Positions 6,002-13,543 of a stretch of 29,148 bases of DNA are shown piece after piece. The notes under the pieces are model-generated. The model had not been told where the DNA came from, made no database searches, and saw only the letters and a program-made list of their open reading frames with translations. A program made the position numbers and the translations under genes. Position 1 is the first letter of the stretch. The number at the start of each line of letters is the position of its first letter. The stretch spans positions 1 through 29,148 of the IMG/VR virus record IMGVR_UViG_3300021514_000007, one strand, 5' to 3'. This DNA comes from a virus (lineage: Duplodnaviria; Caudoviricetes).

Positions 6002-6984
6002 TGAAGGTTTTGGATCTCTTCAGCGGAATCGGCGGCTTTTCTCTTGGTTTAGAAAGAGCTGGAATGGAAACGGTCGCTTTTTGCGAGATAGAAGAATACC
6101 CTAGAAAAGTATTAGCAAAGCACTGGCCTAATATTCCAATTTATGAGGACGTGAGAAATGTCACAAAAGAACGACTCGATGCAGATGGGGTTCGACCAGA
6201 CGTTATTTGCGGAGGATTCCCCTGCCAGGACCTATCAGTTGCCGGAAACCAAAAAGGCATCACCGCAGAAAGAAGTGGATTATGGTCAGAATTGTGCCGA
6301 ATTATTGGCGAGGTACGACCAAAGTACGCAATCGTGGAAAACGTCACAGCACTCATTAGTGGAGACTCAGGGCGATGGTTTGGCCGAGTTCTTGGAGACT
6401 TGGCCGAGATCGGGTATGACTGCGAATGGCACTGCATATCAGCTTCCGAACTTGGCGCGCACCATCACAGAGATAGGGTCTGGATTATTTGCCACCCCCA
6501 ACACGCTGGACGGGATGCCACCGAAATCAGAGAAAGCAATCAAGCGGGAAATGGAAGTAACCAGGAGGGGGCGAAGCCAACCCGCAAATCTGCGCGACCA
6601 GGTAACACAGAAATATTGGGCAACGCCGAGAAGTTGCAGCGCAATGAGTGCGACATTAACAGAGAAAACGGCAAATCACAGGTTTCCGAACCTAGAGACT
6701 CAGATAGCCCGAACGATATGGCCAACCCCGTCAGTCAGCGACAACAGGGACAGAGGGAATTTATCAAACCCTTGTTTGCAGAGGCGATTAAAAATTGGCA
6801 AGCAATTAATGTTGAGTCAGGTTGTGTCTCTGGAGTCTGGGCAACTGAATCCGAGTTGGGTCGAGTGGCTAATGGGGTTCCCAGAAGAGTGGACCGACTT
6901 AAAGGATTAGGCAATGCTGTTGTTCCTCAAATACCAGAATCAATAGGCAGAGCAATCATGGAGGTAGAAAATGAGCTTCTTTAA
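6001..6984 (+). CDS. C5-cytosine DNA methyltransferase, catalytic (alpha) polypeptide
   Basis: Motifs I FSGIGG, IV GFPCQD, VI ENV, VIII H.RDRVWII, X LGNAVVPQI; motif IX not evident in this frame. Confidence 0.92.
   Translation: MKVLDLFSGIGGFSLGLERAGMETVAFCEIEEYPRKVLAKHWPNIPIYEDVRNVTKERLDADGVRPDVICGGFPCQDLSVAGNQKGITAERSGLWSELCRIIGEVRPKYAIVENVTALISGDSGRWFGRVLGDLAEIGYDCEWHCISASELGAHHHRDRVWIICHPQHAGRDATEIRESNQAGNGSNQEGAKPTRKSARPGNTEILGNAEKLQRNECDINRENGKSQVSEPRDSDSPNDMANPVSQRQQGQREFIKPLFAEAIKNWQAINVESGCVSGVWATESELGRVANGVPRRVDRLKGLGNAVVPQIPESIGRAIMEVENELL
6158..6910 (+). CDS. nested +1-frame MTase partner (beta) polypeptide with motif IX and TRD-like repeats
   Basis: 250-aa ORF wholly inside the MTase; GAGG 9 nt before ATG; ends LNPSWVEWLMGFPEEWT; FATP/WATP/WPTP repeats. 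Confidence 0.75.
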   Translation: MSQKNDSMQMGFDQTLFAEDSPARTYQLPETKKASPQKEVDYGQNCAELLARYDQSTQSWKTSQHSLVETQGDGLAEFLETWPRSGMTANGTAYQLPNLARTITEIGSGLFATPNTLDGMPPKSEKAIKREMEVTRRGRSQPANLRDQVTQKYWATPRSCSAMSATLTEKTANHRFPNLETQIARTIWPTPSVSDNRDRGNLSNPCLQRRLKIGKQLMLSQVVSLESGQLNPSWVEWLMGFPEEWTDLKD

Positions 6985-7270
6985 AGACTCGCCATACAGA
7001 AACAAGGAATACTTAGACTGGGTGAAAGAGCAGCCTTGTGTTATTACTGGATTGCCAGCAGATGATCCGCATCACGTTATTGGTGTCGGAGAAGGTGGAA
7101 CAGCAACTAAGGCATGTGACCTGCTTTGTTTTCCCGTAATAAGAGAGGAGCATGGTAAATTCCATAGGCTAGATTTATATCCTGAATTAAGAGACGAGCA
7201 ATGGAAATATTGCGCCAAGACTTTGCAAAAAGCATTAAAGTCTGGATTCTTTAAAGGTGTTGATATATAA
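6971..7270 (+). CDS. DUF968-like putative nuclease (His-Me finger)
   Basis: RNKEYLDWVKEQPCVITG..ADDPHH.IG.G.GG..TKA.D...FP. Confidence 0.7.
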   Translation: MSFFKDSPYRNKEYLDWVKEQPCVITGLPADDPHHVIGVGEGGTATKACDLLCFPVIREEHGKFHRLDLYPELRDEQWKYCAKTLQKALKSGFFKGVDI

Positions 7271-7284
7271 TTGTTGCCTTAGTA

Positions 7285-7369
7285 GCAGCTAGACTTAGCG
7301 GTTGAAAGTTGGGGGTCGTCCCCCCAATGCTGTGAATCTTAAAACGATAATTCACTCACGGAGAATTAC
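7285..7369 (+). promoter_or_regulatory. structured c4/CI-like leader RNA upstream of HNH, copy 2
   Basis: TATAAT at 7266-71; GCAGC/GCTGT closing stem, GAAAG, hairpin TTGGGGG-TCGTC-CCCCCAA, downstream AAACGATAA and ACGGAGA. Confidence 0.6.
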
Positions 7370-7882
7370 ATGCTCACACAAGAAAAACTAAAAGAACAAT
7401 TAAGTTACGATAAGTTAACAGGATGCTTTGTCTGGCAAACGTATGGTCGCGGTAAAAACTATTTAAAGGTTGCTGGATGCAGGTCTAGCGGGTACATAGT
7501 TATACAGATAAACGGAAAGTCTCAAAAAGCCCATCATTTAGCATGGCTCTACGAGTACGGGTATATTCCCAAACAAATTGACCATATAAACCATATTCGC
7601 GATGATAATAGAATCATAAACCTTAGAAAGTCTACACAAAAAGAAAACACAAAAAATTCAAGTCTGTCATCAAGAAGCAAGTCTGGAATAACCGGCGTAT
7701 CTTGGTGTAAAAGAAGTAAAAAATGGTTGTCGCAAATAATGGTTGATGGGAAAACGAAGCATTTAGGGTATTACTGCGATAAATTCGAGTCGATATGCGC
7801 CAGAAAGTCAGCTAACAACAAATATGGGTTTCACGTAAATCATGGACAAAAAGCCATAAAGGAAGGATTTAAGTTCAAATAA
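7370..7882 (+). CDS. HNH homing endonuclease, paralog of 3102..3593
   Basis: AHHLAW.Y.YG..P..IDHINH.RDDNRI.NLR; shared C-terminus RKSA.NKYGFH.NHG. Confidence 0.9.
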   Translation: MLTQEKLKEQLSYDKLTGCFVWQTYGRGKNYLKVAGCRSSGYIVIQINGKSQKAHHLAWLYEYGYIPKQIDHINHIRDDNRIINLRKSTQKENTKNSSLSSRSKSGITGVSWCKRSKKWLSQIMVDGKTKHLGYYCDKFESICARKSANNKYGFHVNHGQKAIKEGFKFK

Positions 7883-7885
7883 TGT

Positions 7886-7938
7886 TTGTATTTACAAAGT
7901 AACGTGCTACAATACGTATAGATTAACGAAAAAGGTGA
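7886..7938 (+). promoter_or_regulatory. rightward promoter with palindromic operator and conserved leader
   Basis: TTGTAT-N16-TACAAT with TG extension; 17-mer identical to 1751-1735; leader TAACGAAAAAGGTGA. Confidence 0.7.
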
Positions 7939-7943
7939 ATAAG

Positions 7944-8078
7944 ATGAAAATAACAGTTATACCGTTTTTGATAGGCTCTTACGGCGTTTCATATTTTATT
8001 GATAATTATGATTTTAGTATTTCTGCAACAGTTTTACTCATAATGCTTGCGCTATTAAAGCAAGTGGATTGGATTTAG
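7944..8078 (+). CDS. small hydrophobic peptide (44 aa)
   Basis: AAGGTGA RBS; MKITVIPFLIGSYGVSYF...VLLIMLALLKQVDWI*. Confidence 0.5.
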   Translation: MKITVIPFLIGSYGVSYFIDNYDFSISATVLLIMLALLKQVDWI

Positions 8079-8090
8079 GGAGCGAATAGC

Positions 8091-8300
8091 GTGTACGAAT
8101 TCAATTATGTAAAAGGCGAAGGCTTAAAGGTTCAGATTAATAAAGATGATGAGTTAATGGAAGATGATATTGCATATGAAGAAAAGCGCGAAGAAGCTAG
8201 AATTGAAAATCTGGAATATATTGAAGAATGCAAGAACGACAGAGATTTTGAACAACAAGAGAAATTAGATTCTGGAATGAAAGAAAGCGATTTTTGTTAA
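8091..8300 (+). CDS. acidic hypothetical protein
   Basis: 69 aa, GGGAG upstream of GTG. Confidence 0.55.
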   Translation: MYEFNYVKGEGLKVQINKDDELMEDDIAYEEKREEARIENLEYIEECKNDRDFEQQEKLDSGMKESDFC

Positions 8301-8695
8301 AGAATTGGCGAAAGCCTAAAAAGGCACTCAGTTCCCACGGATAGGAGTTGAGATCCTGTTCGCTACTATAGGAGCGCAAGCCGCTTAAGCCACACCGATA
8401 ACGAGGGGAACACGGTAGCGGGGGAGGAAAGAGGGTTATAGGGAGAGGATCGAATCTCTCCCTAGCGTTTAATTAAATCAAGCTGTAAAGAATCTCTTTA
8501 CAACTGGACTACCAAGCCCACCACATTAACGCCCCTTAATTGGGGTTTTTGGGTGAAAGGATCCAAAGCTAAACATATATTCTTTTAACTCAAGCATGAG
8601 GATAGAAAAATGATAGCGCAGGGGTAACGCCCTTAGAGATTGACAACCTTCGAGACATAGCCTCTTAGTTGAGGCTTTGTTGGTAAAAGGTTTAC

Positions 8696-8769
8696 GGGTG
8701 GCGATGACTTAGCTAATCATCATTAGTGGCAAGCGATCTTGTGCAGGTGCGAACCCTGCCTACCCTCCA
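8696..8769 (+). ncRNA. degenerate tRNA-like element
   Basis: GGGTGG/CTACCC acceptor, GATGA/TCATC D-like stem, GCAGG-TGCGAAC-CCTGC T-arm, terminal T-CCA; no canonical anticodon arm. Confidence 0.5.
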
Positions 8770-8809
8770 AATAACCACAGCATAAGGCTGTGTAGAAAAG
8801 GTGAATAGA

Positions 8810-9598
8810 ATGAATGATATAACAGTGAAAGATGTTGAGAATATGACGGACGAAGATATTGAGATTTTGAGAATTAAAAGCTTAAATATTTATCAGCGCA
8901 TCAATGAGATTAGAAAAGAAGTTGAATATCTGAAAAAAGAAAAAGCCGTTCAAGGATACAAGGTTGTCACACACGACCAAGTAACAGGAGCACTGCGCGA
9001 ATTTTTTATAAAATATGGTGTAATTGTTGTTCCTAACGAAATGGGGTCAACAATGATTGAAACCGGAACCCAGACAGGAAGCGGCACACCTTGGCTTAGA
9101 TACGAGGCAAAATATACTATTGAATTTGTTAATATGGATGAACCAGAGCAAACAATATCGATTAACGTATCTGCACACGCAATGGATACTGGAGACAAAG
9201 CACCTGGCAAAGCCTTAAGTTACGCAACAAAAACAGCAATGCTCAAGCTGTTCTCAATTGAAACAGGTGAAGATGACGAAGAGCGAGTTGAGCAGAAACG
9301 GACTGAGGAAGCATTAACGCCAGCAAAATTATATAAAAAAGCTTCAAGCCACATGAGCGCAGTCATGGATAATATCGACACAGTTATGGCGATTAAAGGA
9401 TATTTAGCTGGAGATGATTTAGATGCGGCTGCTGAAGCGTGGTCTGAGATAACAGATTTCAAGGTGATTAGCGCGCTATCTATGGCTCCAACGAAAGGCG
9501 GCTGCTTTACCGTAGCAGAAGGCAAGAAAATGAAAGGCGAGGAGTTCAAAGGCTTTATGGCTGTACACCGCGCAGAAAACCCACTAACAGGAATATAA
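8810..9598 (+). CDS. ERF-family single-strand annealing protein
   Basis: NIYQRI..I...V.YL.K, D.GDKAPGKALSYATK..MLKLF.IETGEDDE signature; ATG at 8810 fits the AAGGTGA RBS. Confidence 0.85.
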   Translation: MNDITVKDVENMTDEDIEILRIKSLNIYQRINEIRKEVEYLKKEKAVQGYKVVTHDQVTGALREFFIKYGVIVVPNEMGSTMIETGTQTGSGTPWLRYEAKYTIEFVNMDEPEQTISINVSAHAMDTGDKAPGKALSYATKTAMLKLFSIETGEDDEERVEQKRTEEALTPAKLYKKASSHMSAVMDNIDTVMAIKGYLAGDDLDAAAEAWSEITDFKVISALSMAPTKGGCFTVAEGKKMKGEEFKGFMAVHRAENPLTGI

Positions 9599-9601
9599 AA
9601 A

Positions 9602-9904
9602 ATGAGTGATACACCAGAATTTGTAGACGGACTAATAGTAAAGAAACCACACGACAACGCGCCCGACTTCGTTAAGTGCTCAGTATCAATAAAGCGCAGC
9701 GAATTAATATCTTGGCTATCCACAAGAACAGACGACTGGATTAACTTAGACGTGAAAGAGAGCAAAAAAGGAAGCTGGTATGCACAAGTCAATACGTTTA
9801 AACCTGAAAGCCGACAAGATGCAGCGGCAAGGCAAAATGCACCACAAAGCCAGCCTGCACCTCCTGTAATTGATCCAGATTTTTCGGACGATATACCGTT
9901 CTAG
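9602..9904 (+). CDS. putative single-stranded DNA-binding protein
   Basis: Q/P-rich linker and C-terminal DDIPF tail; lies next to ERF. Confidence 0.7.
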   Translation: MSDTPEFVDGLIVKKPHDNAPDFVKCSVSIKRSELISWLSTRTDDWINLDVKESKKGSWYAQVNTFKPESRQDAAARQNAPQSQPAPPVIDPDFSDDIPF

Positions 9905-9913
9905 GAAATAATT

Positions 9914-10294
9914 ATGCTTTTATCAATAAAACAAGCAGACGAAGTTGAATTGATGCTCAGAGAAAAAGAAGAGTTGATTGAAAATCGTGAGCACAATAAA
10001 AAAGAAGTAAGACGGCTAAGAATATTAGAGGAAGTGGCAACCGCCCTGGAATATCGAGTGTTAGAGAAAAGTATTGATGTAGGAATGAGAAGAATACAAG
10101 CTCAAACTTTACGGATTGAAGCCTTAACAGATAAGAAAATAGCTGAAAAGGTTGGAGCCAGTCTAGATGCGGTAAGGTATCACAGTAAATCAAGCCTTAA
10201 GCACAATACACCTGACAGACAGCATAGAATAATGAATGAAATTAAAAGACGTAAGACCCCTGCTTATAAGGGTGCGTTGAGGTCGGTGTTTTGA
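9914..10294 (+). CDS. hypothetical protein, possible HTH
   Basis: LTDKKIAEKVGASLDAVRY resembles an HTH. Confidence 0.5.
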   Translation: MLLSIKQADEVELMLREKEELIENREHNKKEVRRLRILEEVATALEYRVLEKSIDVGMRRIQAQTLRIEALTDKKIAEKVGASLDAVRYHSKSSLKHNTPDRQHRIMNEIKRRKTPAYKGALRSVF

Positions 10295-10588
10295 ATGGGT
10301 AAGTATAGAAGGGCTGAATCAACAGATTTAAATCAGAAGGATATAGTCAAAGAGCTAAGGAAGTTTTGTAAAGTTGAGCTAAACCATGATGACATATTCG
10401 TTGGCTACAAAGGCGTTAATTACTGGTACGAGATTAAACAGGAAAAGCACGTAAGTAAGAAAACTGGAAAAATACTGGAATCAGCTAAAGAAGATAGCCA
10501 GATTAAATTAGAAAACGAATGGCAAGGACACTACAAAATAGTACACAGTTTAGATGAGATATTAGAAGATATGGGAATAGAGCAATGA
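10295..10588 (+). CDS. PD-(D/E)XK (VRR-NUC/resolvase-like) nuclease
   Basis: D.NQ..IV.ELR, DIFVGYKG...YEIK, Q......W.G....V.S.DE. Confidence 0.7.
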   Translation: MGKYRRAESTDLNQKDIVKELRKFCKVELNHDDIFVGYKGVNYWYEIKQEKHVSKKTGKILESAKEDSQIKLENEWQGHYKIVHSLDEILEDMGIEQ

Positions 10589-10691
10589 AAAACCTATTTT
10601 ATTACTTATTAGCTACTGCTGAGATTATTCTAATAATTTATGCAATAACCTGGCTATGGAAAACGAGTAGTTTCTTTTGTGGGGTGAGCGG

Positions 10692-11186
10692 ATGAATAAC
10701 GCGCAATTAATAAATCAGGACAGCGGTAACTTTGAATATTACACGCCTATTGAATTTCCGACCGCGGCGAGAGAGGTTATGGGTAGCATTGACCTTGATC
10801 CAGCTTCCAGCGAAACAGCTAACAACAAAATAAAAGCTGATTATTATTTTAATGAAAGCGGCCTAGACAAAACGTGGTTTGGTAATATCTGGATGAATCA
10901 TCCATTTAGCCGGGTAAATAATCCACTATGGATAAGCAAGATATGCTCATCTTTTGAGAATGGAGATATAGATCAGGGAATTTGTATAACATTCGCCGCA
11001 ACATCTGAGACATGGTTCAGACCACTACTTAGTTATCCGCAATGCTTTATTCATGGCAGAACAAACTATTATTTGCCAGACGGAACGAAGAAAAAAGGCG
11101 TAACAAAGGGAAGCGTCATCACCTATTTAGGGGATAATAACGAGAGGTTTGCGGATATATTCAGCAAGTTTGGTACGGTTAAGTGA
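10692..11186 (+). CDS. phage DNA N6-adenine methyltransferase
   Basis: EYYTP, IDLDPASS, GL...W.GNIWMNHPFS, TSETWF..L. Confidence 0.8.
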   Translation: MNNAQLINQDSGNFEYYTPIEFPTAAREVMGSIDLDPASSETANNKIKADYYFNESGLDKTWFGNIWMNHPFSRVNNPLWISKICSSFENGDIDQGICITFAATSETWFRPLLSYPQCFIHGRTNYYLPDGTKKKGVTKGSVITYLGDNNERFADIFSKFGTVK

Positions 11187-11352
11187 GAGTTAAAACTTTA
11201 AAGCCAGATGATAATAGTTTAGGCCGATGGAATGTGTATGTCAGTGAGGGCAAAGACAAAGCAGAGCGCAATGAAAGGCTAAGCGAAGCACCTGAAGCAC
11301 TAAGGACTATTATTAAGAATCACGTTATTTTATGCTTTAAGATGAGGTCTAA

Positions 11353-11685
11353 ATGAGAGAGATAATTACAGAGGAAGAAGTGGAAAAAGCTCTGCATTAC
11401 TTATCAAGCAGCGTAAAGGATTTTGCTAGCTGGAAGTCTAGAATGAAATACCTTGAGAGCCACAGAAAGAGCGTAAGAGCAGCTTGTATCCTTAAGGCAA
11501 CAGGAAAGACAATGGCAGAAAACACACAAAGAGGCGAGGCGGCTGAAGATTATAAAAACGCCCTTCTGGAATATGAAGAAGCTGTATATGAATTTACATT
11601 GATTGACGCTTATCGACACGCGGCAGAAACCAAGATAGCCGCATGGCAGACAATTTCAGCATCTAATAGACGAGGGCATGTATGA
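11353..11685 (+). CDS. hypothetical helical phage protein
   Basis: 110 aa, GAGG RBS. Confidence 0.65.
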   Translation: MREIITEEEVEKALHYLSSSVKDFASWKSRMKYLESHRKSVRAACILKATGKTMAENTQRGEAAEDYKNALLEYEEAVYEFTLIDAYRHAAETKIAAWQTISASNRRGHV

Positions 11686-11833
11686 CAAAGATAGCCTTAA
11701 TATCAATCGGAATATTGTTTATAATGGCGTTTACAATTGTATTTACTGTAAGGATTTTGTGTTGCTTATATGGCGACCGTAAAGTGGTTAATCTAACTAA
11801 CCCAGATGAAAGAGGTTTGCTTGAGAGGTAATT

Positions 11834-12016
11834 ATGTCGTATATATTAGCAGATGAAAAAAAGCCAATGACCGGAATTGATGTGCATGTGGTTACTGAGG
11901 GCGGAGTTAAAGGTGTTGCTAAGTATTGGGATTTAACTGGCCAATGGATAGCTCAAGATAAAAAGTTAAATCATGGTGATGTTGTAAAGAAATGGAAATA
12001 CGCTAACGCAACATAA
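11834..12016 (+). CDS. hypothetical protein
   Basis: 60 aa, GAGG RBS. Confidence 0.55.
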   Translation: MSYILADEKKPMTGIDVHVVTEGGVKGVAKYWDLTGQWIAQDKKLNHGDVVKKWKYANAT

Positions 12017-12147
12017 TTTATCTAATAGGCAGAAACAATGGAATATTGGCTCATAATCATTTGCTTATGTATTATCGTATTTTATTGTATAAGGGCTTAT
12101 ATAGCTCCTAAGTAAAGAATTAACACAACAACCAAAGGTGAAATAAA

Positions 12148-12456
12148 ATGAAAAACATTACTAAATATGTATTAACCCTTCTTCTAACTATGCCGTTAGC
12201 TTTAAAAGCTGAGAGTTATGTAGCTGTAGAGGCCAATGTAGGCCAAGAATTGTCAATTAATAGCGATCACTGGGAAGGCGAATATCCTGTTGAGCTTAGA
12301 GTGTCTTATGTAAAATCACTTGATAAGCACATATACTTTACAACAGGCTATTCTCATATAAGCAACCTGGCAAATGGCTCACTTATTAATGGCGGCTATG
12401 AAAGCGTACTAGATAGAGTATTTATGGGTATTGGTGTAAAATTTAATATTGAATAA
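12148..12456 (+). CDS. exported protein with outer-membrane beta-strand pattern (PagL-like HxSN)
   Basis: Signal peptide MKNITKYVLTLLLTMPLALKA; GYSHISN; C-terminal FMGIGVKF. Confidence 0.55.
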   Translation: MKNITKYVLTLLLTMPLALKAESYVAVEANVGQELSINSDHWEGEYPVELRVSYVKSLDKHIYFTTGYSHISNLANGSLINGGYESVLDRVFMGIGVKFNIE

Positions 12457-12470
12457 CACGGTAATATAAT

Positions 12471-12896
12471 ATGCCAGCAGGTAGACCATCAGAATATACA
12501 GAGGAAGTGCTAGAGATAGCAAAAGACTACCTTGATAACTTTAGGGATGAGTACGAGCACGCCATCCCTAGTGTTGTCGGTCTAGCTAAAGTCCTTAGAA
12601 AAAGTAGGGAATGTTTATATAACTGGGCTAGGGACGAAGAAAAGAAAGAATTCTCTGACATATTAGAGCAAATCAATTCAGATCAAGAGTTTGTGTTGGT
12701 GAATGGAGGGCTAAACGGCTCACTAAACAGTAATATAACAAAACTTGTTCTTGGCAAGCATGGCTATTCAGATAAAGCAGACACCACCATCGCAAATCCT
12801 GATGGAACTAATATAGCTCCCTCGACCGACATTGAAATAGCGCGTAAACTAGCATTTGTCCTTGATAAAGCATTAAAGGATAAAGAGTCGGAATAA
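12471..12896 (+). CDS. terS: terminase small subunit (P22 gp3-like)
   Basis: MPAGRPSEY, IPSVVGLA..L......LYNW, EFSDILE.I...QE..L.NGGL.G..NS.ITKL.LGKHGYSDK. Confidence 0.85.
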   Translation: MPAGRPSEYTEEVLEIAKDYLDNFRDEYEHAIPSVVGLAKVLRKSRECLYNWARDEEKKEFSDILEQINSDQEFVLVNGGLNGSLNSNITKLVLGKHGYSDKADTTIANPDGTNIAPSTDIEIARKLAFVLDKALKDKESE

Positions 12897-12938
12897 TCCG
12901 GCACTCCATTAGCAACTATAACAAGCAGGAGATTTACC

Positions 12939-13397
12939 ATGGCATTATTTACAAGTGTTCACGGAAAGCGATTAGGTTTAGGCGAGAAAGGTCAATTGGT
13001 GGCAAATAAGATTAACGTATCACAGCCTTGCGTCAATGCAACAATCACAGTCAGCGCAGAAGGGGCTACTACAGCCAATACGCGAGATATTGTTGTTCAA
13101 TTACTCGATGCAGACGGTAACGACATTAACTATGTTGAGACTGTTGAAGTCATTATGTACTTGGATGCGGCTCAAGCTGCATTTGTTGCGACAGGTGGCT
13201 CAACGGGTATTACTATCGGTGCAGCCGGTGACGGTGCTGTTCTTGATGTTGTAGCGAAGAAATATTTCCTTGCAATGTCTGAAGCGGATGGAGATATTGA
13301 CCTTGATTGGTTAGATACTGGTACTGAAGTAGCGTTTCTTGGTATACGTCTACCCAATGGCCGTATCATCGTTTCAGATGCTTTAACTAATACATAA
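12939..13397 (+). CDS. putative virion/structural protein, beta-rich
   Basis: AGGAG RBS; A/G/T/V/D-rich; lies between terS and terL. Confidence 0.65.
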   Translation: MALFTSVHGKRLGLGEKGQLVANKINVSQPCVNATITVSAEGATTANTRDIVVQLLDADGNDINYVETVEVIMYLDAAQAAFVATGGSTGITIGAAGDGAVLDVVAKKYFLAMSEADGDIDLDWLDTGTEVAFLGIRLPNGRIIVSDALTNT

Positions 13398-13543
13398 AGT
13401 TTACAGGTAGCGGCGCTGAAAGTAGAAGCGCAGGAATTATAAGCGCACCGCCGTAGGGGCGGGTAAGCGGGATATTCCCAGACCCCAAAGGCCACGGGGA
13501 GCCAGAGTAACGCCTGGCCTACCTTCTTATTTAAGGGCGGTTA

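Noticed and set aside
9220-9792. 190-aa minus-strand ORF opposite ERF/SSB
   Set aside because: No motifs or RBS; S/L/I-rich antisense shadow, unlike the motif-bearing ORF at 14145..14873
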